A stretch of DNA of 64,000 nucleotides from an uncultured Chloroflexia bacterium (GTDB taxonomy: Bacteria > Chloroflexota > Anaerolineae > Anaerolineales > Anaerolineaceae). A program made the translations under genes and the position numbers. This document shows, one piece after another, positions 37,574 through 46,976 of this stretch; the first letter of the stretch is position 1; every line of letters starts with the position of its first letter. The notes beneath the pieces were generated by a model. The model did not search any database and was not told the DNA's origin. It worked only from the letters and a program-made list of their open reading frames with translations. The DNA lies in NCBI GenBank assembly GCA_963820415.1, contig CAWFZT010000004.1, positions 261,344 to 325,343 on the forward strand, written 5' to 3'.

Positions 37574-38131
37574 ATGGGACAGATTAAAGCTCTGATGCCA
37601 TTTTGTGGAGAACCGCTGATTGACAGAGTGCTGCGGCGCACCAGTGGCCTGGCTGATGAAATATTCATCACAACCGATCTGCTGGGAAAGCTCGATTACC
37701 TGGGTTTACCCTTGATAACGGACATACTGCCCGGTAAGGGAGCCCTGGGAAGCTTGGATACCGCCCTGGCGACTGCTGCCAATTCTGAAATGATCGTGGC
37801 AGCTTGTGACATGCCATTTGTTAATGCCTGGTTGTTATTAGCCGAATGTGATTTGCTGTCCCTTACTCAGACTGATGCTGTCATCCCGGTTTCACCCTTT
37901 GGTAACGAACCTTTCCATGCCGTATACCGGCGAGAAAACTGCCTCACGGCGGTGCAAAGAGCGTTGGACGCTGACCAGTTACGCCTGTCATCCTGGCTTT
38001 CAGATGTCCAGGTACGCAAGATGACCCTCGATGAAGTGGCCATGTATGATCCGGATTTCCACGCTTTTATAAATGTCAATACTCCCTTAGAATATAAAAG
38101 AGCTGAAAGTCTGGCCCGGCAAATCGGGTAG
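37574..38131 (+). CDS. mobA: molybdenum cofactor guanylyltransferase
   Basis: ORF from the ATG at 37574. The conserved N-terminal nucleotide-binding motif (LVIQAGGKSRRMG) is encoded in frame upstream of this ATG, back to the stop at 37523. The true start is therefore probably non-canonical, within 37526-37534. The motif ACDMPF is present. Confidence 0.75.
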   Translation: MGQIKALMPFCGEPLIDRVLRRTSGLADEIFITTDLLGKLDYLGLPLITDILPGKGALGSLDTALATAANSEMIVAACDMPFVNAWLLLAECDLLSLTQTDAVIPVSPFGNEPFHAVYRRENCLTAVQRALDADQLRLSSWLSDVQVRKMTLDEVAMYDPDFHAFINVNTPLEYKRAESLARQIG

Positions 38132-38200
38132 CTTCCATACCCACCTGTCCGCCATGCGATATTTTGCAGTAGAATCAGTCTATTCACGGCCATTGAGAAA

Positions 38201-39268
38201 ATGATTAAACAACTGGTCTTTTGTATGGCCATCTTCTCGGTTTGCAGCCTGTTATCCTGTAATCTGCCGGGCGGCCAACCTCAAACACCTGCTCCGAGCG
38301 TCAACGACGTTTATGCGACAGTCGCCGCCAACCTGACTGCCGAGGCTCTTGCTACGACCACCAGGCATGCTTCAGAAACCCCACAGTTACCCACGGCCAC
38401 GCCAACCCCCCCAGCCAGGAAGACAGAGACGCAAGCGCTTGCTCTTTTTACTTTGACTCCACGTCCACGGGGTACCGCTTTACCTTGCGACCAGGCATCC
38501 GCCGGGCATCCCATCGACATCACTATTCCAGATGATACCCAGATGAAGCCGGGACAGAGTTTTTCAAAAACCTGGCGTCTGGTCAATGTTGGTTCCTGCG
38601 CCTGGACTAATGCCTATGCCGTGGTCTGGTTCTCTGGGGAAGATATTGGCGTAACCAGGGAACAACTCTTCGTCAGCCAGGTAGACCCAGGCCAATCTAT
38701 TGATGTCACCGTGGATATGGTGGCGCCGTCTGAGGCAGGTGCTTACCAGAGCAACTGGAAACTTAGGAATGAAAAGGGTGACCTGTTTGGCATCGGTCCT
38801 AATGGGAGATCTCCTTTCTGGGCGAAAATCGAAGTAATAGAAGAAAGCACCCAGACACCCACTTTGCCTCCTTTGCCTACTTTGCCTCCTTCAGATACAC
38901 CTACCGCCGCCGCGCTGGTGAGCAATGTCGTCTCGATGGAACTTAATGATGGGGTGGATCTGGATACGGGGGAAATGAATACTGGCAGTAACGATGATAT
39001 TAAATTTGCACTCCTTTCAGAAAACCAGCCCCAGATTCAGCCGGTCAATGGGGCAAAGCTGGCTTTCATCGGGGCGCGAGAACCGTCTGAAACCACCTGC
39101 GAAACTTCTGACCTATCTGAGGCTGCGGGTAACCTTGCAGGAATGAAGGAAGGCAGTTATTTTTGTTACTACACCGGGCAAGGACTGCCCGGATACTTGA
39201 GGCTAACCCTGACCAGTCTGTCTGAAAATATCCTGACCCTGGATTTTTCAACCTGGGCTGTCCCATGA
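38201..39268 (+). CDS. lipoprotein with NBR1-type Ig-like domain
   Basis: It has a lipobox (SLLSC), a Thr/Pro-rich linker and ITIPDDTQMKPGQSFSKTWRLVNVGSCAW. It is a paralogue of 22848-23825. Confidence 0.7.
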   Translation: MIKQLVFCMAIFSVCSLLSCNLPGGQPQTPAPSVNDVYATVAANLTAEALATTTRHASETPQLPTATPTPPARKTETQALALFTLTPRPRGTALPCDQASAGHPIDITIPDDTQMKPGQSFSKTWRLVNVGSCAWTNAYAVVWFSGEDIGVTREQLFVSQVDPGQSIDVTVDMVAPSEAGAYQSNWKLRNEKGDLFGIGPNGRSPFWAKIEVIEESTQTPTLPPLPTLPPSDTPTAAALVSNVVSMELNDGVDLDTGEMNTGSNDDIKFALLSENQPQIQPVNGAKLAFIGAREPSETTCETSDLSEAAGNLAGMKEGSYFCYYTGQGLPGYLRLTLTSLSENILTLDFSTWAVP

Positions 39269-39280
39269 TTATCTTTTGGT

Positions 39281-39363
39281 GGTTTGGGATTTGCCGTGGA
39301 AGGCCCCGGATTTGGGGATGTGAGTGTGCGTACGCACACTCACATCCCCAAATCCGGAAGTCC
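39281..39363 (+). repeat. palindromic intergenic repeat, copy 6 (right outer arm truncated)
   Basis: The copy reads GGTTTGGGATTTGCCGTGGAAGGCCCCGGATTTGGGGATGTGAGTGTGCGTACGCACACTCACATCCCCAAATCCGGAAGTCC. Confidence 0.85.
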
Positions 39364-39409
39364 ATCATGGCGATTCAAAATGAACCAATCTTTTCTTAAG
39401 GAGTGCAGC

Positions 39410-40477
39410 ATGAACCTGGATGACCTGTCGCAGTTTCGGAAAATAGACGTACAAGATATGCTGAGTCAGATAAACGGGCTGCCTGACCAGTTGCAGACTG
39501 CCTGGAATCTCGGCGCCAGCCTGCCCCTGCCCGTACCGCAAGGTATGCAAGGGGTGCAGAGTGTGGTAATTTCCGGCATGGGCGGATCTGCCATAGGGGC
39601 TGACTTGCTTTCCGCTTATATCGCCCCGCTTTGCCCGGTGCCTGTGATCGTTCATCGCGATTATGGATTGCCCGGTTGGGTGAAAGACGCCCGCACCTTA
39701 TTGATTGCCTCTTCGCATTCCGGTGATACCGAAGAGACCCTGTCTTCCTTCGAGGCCGCCAGGCAGCGCGGCTGCAAGATTCTCACCATCAGTACCGGGG
39801 GGAAGTTGGCCGATGAGGCCCATAAAGCCGGGGCGCCTGCCTGGGAGTTCAAACACCACGGTATGCCGCGCGCCGCGGTTGGCTTTTCTTTCGGTTTGCT
39901 CTTGGCCGCATTTGTCCGCCTGGGGTTGGTTCCGGATGCCTCGCAAGACATGCAGGAAGCCATTTCGGTCATGCGCCAGCTCCAACCCGAAATAAAGCCC
40001 GAATCCCCTGTGGCCAAAAACCTTGCCAAACGGCTTTCCGGGCAGTTGGTTGGCCGGTGGGTCAATATTTTCGGGGCGGGTTACCTGGCGCCGGTCGCTC
40101 GACGCTGGAAAGGCCAGGTGAATGAGCTGGCCAAGGGCTGGGCTCAGTTTGAATTCTTACCCGAGGCAGACCACAATACCCTCGCCGGCCTGGTCAACCC
40201 ACCCGACATGGTCCAAAAGATGATGTCGCTGTTCCTGCGCGCCCCTTCCGATCACCCGCGCAACCGCCTGCGCTCGGACCTGACCCGGCAGGCGTGTATG
40301 CAAGAAGGTATGAATACTGATTACGTCGATGCGCTTGGCAAAGGCCCCCTGGCTCACATCTGGTCTTTGTTGCTGTATGGCGATTATGTGGGCTATTACC
40401 TTTCGATGGCTTACGCTACCGACCCTACCCCGATTGACGCTTTATTCGCCTTCAAAGATGCCATGAATAAGGGGTAA
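39410..40477 (+). CDS. bifunctional phosphoglucose/phosphomannose isomerase (SIS-domain PGI/PMI family)
   Basis: ORF 39284-40477. The upstream part is repeat-derived. The ATG at 39410 lies 6 nt after AAGGAG. It has ISGMGGSAIGADL and SHSGDTEET motifs. Confidence 0.75.
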   Translation: MNLDDLSQFRKIDVQDMLSQINGLPDQLQTAWNLGASLPLPVPQGMQGVQSVVISGMGGSAIGADLLSAYIAPLCPVPVIVHRDYGLPGWVKDARTLLIASSHSGDTEETLSSFEAARQRGCKILTISTGGKLADEAHKAGAPAWEFKHHGMPRAAVGFSFGLLLAAFVRLGLVPDASQDMQEAISVMRQLQPEIKPESPVAKNLAKRLSGQLVGRWVNIFGAGYLAPVARRWKGQVNELAKGWAQFEFLPEADHNTLAGLVNPPDMVQKMMSLFLRAPSDHPRNRLRSDLTRQACMQEGMNTDYVDALGKGPLAHIWSLLLYGDYVGYYLSMAYATDPTPIDALFAFKDAMNKG

Positions 40478-40488
40478 CAAAAAATCTA

Positions 40489-40517
40489 TTGACCTGGTTC
40501 GCCCAAGTATGTAAACT
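40489..40517 (+). promoter_or_regulatory. sigma70-type promoter placing the transcription start at or next to the dinB ATG (leaderless)
   Basis: TTGACC (40489-40494), a 17-nt spacer, then TAAACT (40512-40517). The ATG at 40524 lies 6 nt downstream and there is no SD. Confidence 0.5.
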
Positions 40518-40523
40518 GAATGT

Positions 40524-41732
40524 ATGGGCGAGCGTAAAATCCTGCATCTTGATCTGGATGCGTTCTTCTGTGCGGTCGAGGAGCGGCGCAGGCCGGATTT
40601 GCGCGGCAAGCCCTTCGCGGTAGGCGGCCGGCCGAACGAACGCGGGGTGATCTCTTCCTGTTCTTACCCGGCCCGCCAGTATGGCGTACATTCGGCCATG
40701 CCTACCGCCCGGGCGCTAAAATTGTGCCCTGACCTTATTCTGGTGACGCCGGAGCACCATGCCTACCATGCGGCTTCGGTGCAGGTGATGGAAATTATCA
40801 ACCAGTTGACCCCGCTGGTCGAACAGATTTCAATTGACGAAGCCTTCATTGATGTGTCAGATCTTCCCCAATCAGGCCTGGAGCTGGCTAAGAACCTGCA
40901 ATCCAGTATCTCCGAGAAGACCGGCTTACCCTGTTCGATAGGGGTGGCTACCAACAAGCTGGTGGCTAAGATTGCCACCAACATCGGCAAGTCCACTCAC
41001 CGCGCACCCTCTCCGCCGCGGGCGATCCTGGTCGTTCCACCCGGAGGAGAGGCCGCTTTTTTGGCCCCGCTGCCGGCCCGTGAGCTGTGGGGAGTAGGGC
41101 CGAAGATGTCCGCCCATCTGGTTGAACTGGGGATCACTACCATAGGCGAATTGGCAAAGATGCCTGAAACCTGGATGGTCAAGCAGTTCGGCAAGTGGGG
41201 ACACGAGATATCACTTCATGCGCGCGGCATTGATGACCGTCCGATTGAGCTGCTGCGTGAGGCAAAATCGATCAGCCAGGAAGTGACCTTTGATCGCGAT
41301 GTCGCCGAGCAGAAACGCCTGGAAGATACTCTGCAGGACCTTTCCACCCAGGTTGGCTACCGCCTGCGCAAAGAAGGGTTGAACGGCAGCACTGTGCGCA
41401 TCAAGTTGCGCTGGCCTGATTTTAGCACCCACACCCGCCAGCTTACCTTGCAGCAGTCTACTGACCAGGATGGGATCATTTTCAACGTTGCCCGCCAGCT
41501 TTTCCACAGCCTCTGGCAGCCAGGCAGGGCCGTGCGTTTGCTGGGTGTAGGGGTTTCCGGGCTGTCAAACCAGTTCTACCAGATGTCCTTATGGGACGGA
41601 TCAAATGAGAAAGAACGGCGTCTTCTGGCGGCGCTGGACGCGCTGCGCCAACGCTATGGCGAAGAAGCCGTGCAGCGCGGCCGGACTGTCAGGCGTAAAA
41701 ACCCCAACCTGCCCACCAAACCAGGCCGGTAA
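40524..41732 (+). CDS. dinB: DNA polymerase IV (Y-family)
   Basis: 402 aa. It has ILHLDLDAFFCAVEE and ISIDEAFIDV motifs. Confidence 0.9.
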   Translation: MGERKILHLDLDAFFCAVEERRRPDLRGKPFAVGGRPNERGVISSCSYPARQYGVHSAMPTARALKLCPDLILVTPEHHAYHAASVQVMEIINQLTPLVEQISIDEAFIDVSDLPQSGLELAKNLQSSISEKTGLPCSIGVATNKLVAKIATNIGKSTHRAPSPPRAILVVPPGGEAAFLAPLPARELWGVGPKMSAHLVELGITTIGELAKMPETWMVKQFGKWGHEISLHARGIDDRPIELLREAKSISQEVTFDRDVAEQKRLEDTLQDLSTQVGYRLRKEGLNGSTVRIKLRWPDFSTHTRQLTLQQSTDQDGIIFNVARQLFHSLWQPGRAVRLLGVGVSGLSNQFYQMSLWDGSNEKERRLLAALDALRQRYGEEAVQRGRTVRRKNPNLPTKPGR

Positions 41733-41743
41733 GCTAATTTTTT

Positions 41744-41851
41744 GGCTCATTGGGATTTACCGTGGAAGGTCCCCAGATTTTGGGGTATGAGCGTGCGTAG
41801 CACGCTCATACCCCAAAATCTGAGAGTTCACCACGGCTATTCCCAGAGAAC
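41744..41851 (+). repeat. palindromic intergenic repeat, copy 7 (complete, ~24-bp central stem)
   Basis: The copy reads GGCTCATTGGGATTTACCGTGGAAGGTCCCCAGATTTTGGGGTATGAGCGTGCGTAGCACGCTCATACCCCAAAATCTGAGAGTTCACCACGGCTATTCCCAGAGAAC. Confidence 0.9.
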
Positions 41852-43100
41852 TAACTTTTTTCGGAAAGGGCTTTTTCGTAAACTTCGATGACGCGGCTGG
41901 TGATCTTTTCCCAGGCGTAATTCTGCGCTTCGGCGCAGGCCTGCTCGCCCATCTGGCGCTGTATTTCTGGCTGGGAAATGAGGATTGAAAGGCGCTGGCT
42001 CAGGGTTTCGATATCCTCGTCCGGCACCACGTAACCGGTCACCCCGTCTTTGACAAGAAAAGGCAGCCCGCCGACCTGTGATGCAATCACCGGCGTCCCG
42101 CAGGCCATGGCTTCGAGCGCCACCATGCCGAAGGATTTGTAGTGCGATGGGATGATCAGCGCGTCGGCAGAGGAATAATAATAAGGCAGCGTGTCCTGTC
42201 CACGCTTTCCAAGGAACACCACCAGATCGTCCAGGTTCAGGGCGCGGCACAGGGCCTGCAGCCGGGCCATTTCGGCCGTCAAATTGTCGTCAGTCGCCTC
42301 AGGGTCGCCGCCAATGATCGCCAGGCAATGGGGATGCTGATCCAGGGTGCCGTTATTGCGCAGGATTGCCAGGGCGCGCAGGAGCGCATCCACCCCTTTC
42401 AGCGCTTCGATGCGGCCCACGAACAGCAGCATACGGCTTTCACAGGGAATGCCAATCACGCTCCTGGCTTCGTCGAGCGAGATTGGGTAGAAATGGTGTG
42501 TATCCACCCCGGGCGGGATGACGGTCAGTTTGGAAGAAGGGGCGTGGTAAAGGAATTCGAGCTGAGCTTGTTCGGCTTGCGTGGCGACAATCACCTGACG
42601 GGCCGCCCGCAGCACCTGCTGCTCTCCCTCGATGCGATATTCACCCTCTTTTCGGATTCGTCCCTGGCTACCCGGTTTTTCATCATTCCGAGGGTGTGGA
42701 ACATGTGCACGAAGGGAACCTTCCAGGTGCGCCCCAGTTCCATGGCGGCCATCCCGGACATCCAATAATGGCTGTGGATAATATCGTAGTGCAGACCTTT
42801 TTGGCCTGTAAATTTCAGAATGCTCTCAGAAAATTCGGGCAGGTAATCGATGAGCTGGTCTTTAGGCAGGTAAACCTCGGGGCCGGCAGGGATGTGGACG
42901 ACGCGGTTTCCATAGCCAAGCTCATGCAGCACGTGTGGAACGTGCTCATCCTGTGAGCGGGTGAATACGTCCACGTGCACGCCGGCCTGGCCCAGGTAAC
43001 GGGTCAGCTCGCGGACGTAAACATTCATCCCGCCGGTATCCTTGCCTCCCAGGATCGCCAGTGGGCAGGTGTGGTAAGACAGCATCGCCACGTTCAGCAT
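41851..43100 (-). pseudogene. GT4 glycosyltransferase (MshA-like), one frame disruption (or assembly indel)
   Basis: ORFs 42591-43148 and 41851-42765 are consecutive parts in different frames. The join lies near 42640-42700 (...HTLGMMKNRVARDES / RIRKEGEYRIEGEQQVLRAA...). The true start is the ATG at 43100 (MLNVAMLSYHTCPLAILGGKDTGGMNVYV). The ORF-track extension upstream of it overlaps the tRNA. Confidence 0.75.
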
Positions 43101-43104
43101 ACTC

Positions 43105-43134
43105 TTGTCTATTCTAACTTGCTCCTGGTATAAT
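43105..43134 (+). promoter_or_regulatory. promoter of tRNA-Thr
   Basis: TTGTCT, an 18-nt spacer, then TATAAT (43129-43134). The tRNA 5' end lies 10 nt downstream. TATAAT is retained in the second copy. Confidence 0.5.
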
Positions 43135-43143
43135 TTGCAAGCC

Positions 43144-43216
43144 GCCACCGTAGCTCAGTTGGTAGAGCAGACGATTCGTAATCGTCCGGTCAAGGGTTCG
43201 ACTCCCTTCGGTGGCT
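43144..43216 (+). tRNA. tRNA-Thr (anticodon CGU)
   Basis: 73 nt, folded by hand: acceptor GCCACCG/CGGTGGC, D arm GCTC-AGTTGGTA-GAGC, anticodon arm GACGA-TTCGTAA-TCGTC, T arm AAGGG-TTCGACT-CCCTT, discriminator T. No CCA is encoded. Confidence 0.9.
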
Positions 43217-43377
43217 TTTTTCATAATGAACTGGTGGGATTTAAACGGTAAACTCTTTAATTTAGCGAATGACTATGAAACATACCTAATTGCAGGGAGC
43301 AACAAAACCAGATGGATAAAAATCCATCTCGTTTTATGGCAGTTGGATTTTACCTAATGGGGTTGGGATTTCTTTTA

Positions 43378-45399
43378 TTAGTTCTTCAACTTATATATTT
43401 TCCAATGATCTTTACCTATTTCCCCGGCAATATCGTAATTCATACAAATGTAATTTAATACTTCAAACATGTCATCAGGTAGGGGTTTTTCTGGCATGAT
43501 GCACTGGCCGCTGTGATTAATTTCGATAAATGGCGTCGATGGTAAATAAGTATTTATTATGATTTTAGGGGGTTTAGTTTTAAGATCATTGAGCATCTCT
43601 TGAGACAGCTCTGGGCTTGCATAACCAATACGGTATAACGGCTTTTGATGCACAAATCGAGTTGGGGCATCCCGGCCTGACATAAAATTAATGACGGTTT
43701 GAGATCCCCAAAGTAAAACATAATCCCCCTGTTTAGTTGTAGATTTAATATATTGAACAACTTTGGTAACAGCTATTTCAGGGGGCTGCTGGTACTCTTT
43801 AATAAGTTGGATGATGGGTTTATACACAATCATAATCAAGGCGATCATATAAATAATAAACTTCAAAGAATGGTTTGATATGGGTTTATGAGCATATTCC
43901 CATCCATAACCAATCAAAATAGCGAAACATGGTAACAAGGTAAAAAAGTAATGATGATAGTTCTTACCAGACAGGCTGATAAGAATAATTTCAATCGGGA
44001 AATCAACCAAAGCCACAAGCAAAATCACAGGCAATTTTCTGACATAATCTATGCCCCGTCTGACAAAAGCAGCCCAAATCACCAGGCCAAAATAATAAAA
44101 CCAGGATGCTGTTAGAAACACCCGGAATATACTCCCAACTGCTTCAATTCTGTCTTGTGTTGTAATATCCGAATACAGGAAATTAAAACGATAAGCGACA
44201 TCCCAGAATTCCCAAAGTGAGTGATTGATATAGAAATAGAGGATGCAAGCACCTTGCACCAACACCAGCCCGCCCAAAAACCAGAAGAAATCGGCCAAGT
44301 GGATTGTTCTATCTTTGGTTAAGAATTTATAAGCAGAGATAATCAATAATGCGGCCCAAATCCCGATCAGGGTTTGTTTGAGCATTAAAGCCATTCCCAT
44401 CGCCCCGCCAATTAAAAACCACCTCCATGGTTTTTTCTTATCCATCACCATGAAATGACAGAATAAGAACAGGGCAATGCACTGGAATGGTATGCCAAAC
44501 TCTTCGGTGAAGTTACCACCTTCATTTGGGAAAACAATATTGGTTATTAACCCGACCAAAGCTAATAATAAAGCTGGCATGGAAACATTTTTCCGAAAAA
44601 CTCCATATAACAGTAAAACTGAGGCAAACAATGACATCACTTCTAATGCCCACACCCCCCATATTGAACGATTTGATATGAATAGCCCCAGCGCATCAAT
44701 ATAAAAAATTAACGGCGGTTTGTGATCCCAAAGATTCTTATAGGGGATATCTCCCTTAAGAATACGTGAGCCAAAATAGAGAAAAATACCCGAATCATTT
44801 TGAGGCATCTGCCCAGAAAAAACGGGGGAAATAGCCAAATAAACGCCAATAGTGAGAAAAGCTGCCAGGGGAATAAACCAAAACAAGGGATGGATTGTTT
44901 TTATGAAATTATTCACTTCTTTAAAAGCAACATCCCAGTTCTCGCTGGTAAGAATAAGATCTTTAAAATACAACCTGATTATGATTAATAATTGAAGACC
45001 TAAAATTAACAACCATGCAATAAAGAAAACCCCTCTTTGGAGGAAAAAGCCTATAGAACCTAAGAACATCATATCTGATAGGGCTGCAATAATGAGCGCA
45101 AATATGGCTAACAGAACAAAACACAGGCATAGTGTCGTTATATAGATTATCCGATGAGCCGATTGTAGGAAGCGGTAAAATTTTTCAAGCCATGCCGGTC
45201 TTGTGGCAAATACTATGAGGGCTGTTATATACACAAACACACAAAAAATAATACAAAAAAGCATTAACAATCTGGGCAGAGAAAATCCATAGATAATGGC
45301 ATTTTTCTCCATGGAAGTGGATGAAGAAATGAGATAAACAATGATTGAACTAACAATAATAAATATACTGGTCAGAATTTGAGTAAATTTATTCTTCAT
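43378..45399 (-). CDS. GT-C fold membrane glycosyltransferase (ArnT/PMT-like)
   Basis: 673 aa with more than 10 TM segments and a soluble C-terminal domain. It is AT-rich. The family call rests on architecture and general resemblance. Confidence 0.6.
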   Translation of the reverse strand: MKNKFTQILTSIFIIVSSIIVYLISSSTSMEKNAIIYGFSLPRLLMLFCIIFCVFVYITALIVFATRPAWLEKFYRFLQSAHRIIYITTLCLCFVLLAIFALIIAALSDMMFLGSIGFFLQRGVFFIAWLLILGLQLLIIIRLYFKDLILTSENWDVAFKEVNNFIKTIHPLFWFIPLAAFLTIGVYLAISPVFSGQMPQNDSGIFLYFGSRILKGDIPYKNLWDHKPPLIFYIDALGLFISNRSIWGVWALEVMSLFASVLLLYGVFRKNVSMPALLLALVGLITNIVFPNEGGNFTEEFGIPFQCIALFLFCHFMVMDKKKPWRWFLIGGAMGMALMLKQTLIGIWAALLIISAYKFLTKDRTIHLADFFWFLGGLVLVQGACILYFYINHSLWEFWDVAYRFNFLYSDITTQDRIEAVGSIFRVFLTASWFYYFGLVIWAAFVRRGIDYVRKLPVILLVALVDFPIEIILISLSGKNYHHYFFTLLPCFAILIGYGWEYAHKPISNHSLKFIIYMIALIMIVYKPIIQLIKEYQQPPEIAVTKVVQYIKSTTKQGDYVLLWGSQTVINFMSGRDAPTRFVHQKPLYRIGYASPELSQEMLNDLKTKPPKIIINTYLPSTPFIEINHSGQCIMPEKPLPDDMFEVLNYICMNYDIAGEIGKDHWKIYKLKN

Positions 45400-45404
45400 G
45401 TCTT

Positions 45405-46976
45405 TTAGTTACCGGTCATCTTATAAACCGTCAAGATATCAGCATCGCCGACCTTTATAGAATAAACAGCCTTCCCTGCAATATGTCTGTTTATAGAGTA
45501 GTAATAAGTAGTTATGGTGTAATCTGGCGGTTGGTCTTCAGAGATGATCAATCTCTGACGATCTGATAATGGCAACAGCATCTTCCCATTTGGGAAATCT
45601 AAAACTCGCACAATTATTTTTTGACCGGGGTCTGTTCTGGCGATATACTTCAAGCCATCCAAGGTCGACACTCCCCACACATCCAGGCCAAACCGCTCTT
45701 TGATGATTGACATTTTGGAACCGGCCAGAAAATTGAAGTAAGTATATTGGTAGGGATGATAGCGGATCATAAAATAGACCGGATAAGCCAGCCCAATGAT
45801 TAAAATTAAGGTTGTCCAAAGCCGCCAGGATTGGGTTTTTTGGCGCATTTTATCAGTGAGAGACTTGAAGCCATATAACGAGATCAACAACAAGGCAGGA
45901 TAGACGAAGTACATCTGGCGATTATCGGTATAGATGACCGATTTCATCACGATCACGGCGACAATGGGGAGAATGCCACAGGCTGCGACCAGGTACAGGT
46001 TGCGCATGGACAGGAAATGTTCTCTTAACCTGGACTTTAAAGTATGGACGGCGAGGGTTATGCTACCTAGAAGAAACAGCGCCAGGTAGAACACAGGCGA
46101 GCTGATCGAGAACCAGACGATAGAATAATGCCAGGGAATGTTGTTTCGGATATCATGTCCCATGTATAACTGAAAATCATTCCACGGGTACTGTTTCATA
46201 AGTTTAAAGGCCTGGACATAATTTTCAATGGTGTGCGTATACAATGTTGGGGTAAACCAATTCACCAATCCTGCAGCCACAAACAAAGACGTAAGCAAGA
46301 AGATGCCGGCTTTTAGATAACTCCTCCATTTGTCTCTAGACAAAAACAGATCGAAGAAATAGAAAAAGAGGGTAATCGGAATGATGATCAACCCTGGCGT
46401 GCGGATGCTGCATACTACCCCAATCGCAATGCCGTGCAAGATGGCTGTGAAAATATTTTTCTTTTCCAGGAGCAGCAGCAAGGTATAAATAGAAATGACA
46501 TACGCGCTCAGGAAAGGAATGTCTTTGGGATTGTAGAAGGAATGGGCGAAAATCCTGGGGCTGATAATGAGGAACAGCGAGCCTAACAAGCCGATCTTCC
46601 AATCCTTGAAGATCTTCTTCCCGATCAGGAAAAAGATAAACACGGAAAATACAAAAAAGGCAAAGGTTACTTGATGCCGTCGCCAATAGATCGCCTGTGT
46701 ATCTCCGCTCGGAGCGAACCAATATAGAACCATGCTGAAAAGTGGAGGATAATAGCAAACGTTTTCCCACCCGGTACATGCCTTCACAAACTCGCTTTGG
46801 AGGCCTCCGATAAAGCGTTCGTAATTGACCCTTCCCCTGAGAAAATCAATTTTTTCATCTACAGATATTCCGTAATCTTTATAAATTAAGAAACCTGTTA
46901 AACTGTACGTACAAAAAAAACAAAATACGAAGAGTGCCGGAAGTATTTTTCTTTGGCCAAATTTTATTCCCTTCAT
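45405..46976 (-). CDS. GT-C fold membrane glycosyltransferase (ArnT/dolichyl-phosphate-mannose mannosyltransferase-like)
   Basis: 523 aa. The N-terminal YKDYGISVDE and PPLF loop motifs resemble the GT39/GT83 first periplasmic loop. It is polytopic and AT-rich. Confidence 0.65.
   Translation of the reverse strand: MKGIKFGQRKILPALFVFCFFCTYSLTGFLIYKDYGISVDEKIDFLRGRVNYERFIGGLQSEFVKACTGWENVCYYPPLFSMVLYWFAPSGDTQAIYWRRHQVTFAFFVFSVFIFFLIGKKIFKDWKIGLLGSLFLIISPRIFAHSFYNPKDIPFLSAYVISIYTLLLLLEKKNIFTAILHGIAIGVVCSIRTPGLIIIPITLFFYFFDLFLSRDKWRSYLKAGIFLLTSLFVAAGLVNWFTPTLYTHTIENYVQAFKLMKQYPWNDFQLYMGHDIRNNIPWHYSIVWFSISSPVFYLALFLLGSITLAVHTLKSRLREHFLSMRNLYLVAACGILPIVAVIVMKSVIYTDNRQMYFVYPALLLISLYGFKSLTDKMRQKTQSWRLWTTLILIIGLAYPVYFMIRYHPYQYTYFNFLAGSKMSIIKERFGLDVWGVSTLDGLKYIARTDPGQKIIVRVLDFPNGKMLLPLSDRQRLIISEDQPPDYTITTYYYSINRHIAGKAVYSIKVGDADILTVYKMTGN

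Larger units (their letters stand above)
43005..43221 (+). repeat. 217-nt direct repeat, left copy (GT4 codons 1-32, promoter region, tRNA-Thr)
   Basis: It aligns without gaps to 47284-47500. I count 10 mismatches. Confidence 0.9.

Noticed and set aside
37180-37671. 163-aa minus-strand ORF
   Set aside because: It overlaps the SD-preceded small plus-strand ORF, the terminator hairpin and the mobA 5' end. I recognised no motif in it, so it is likely spurious.
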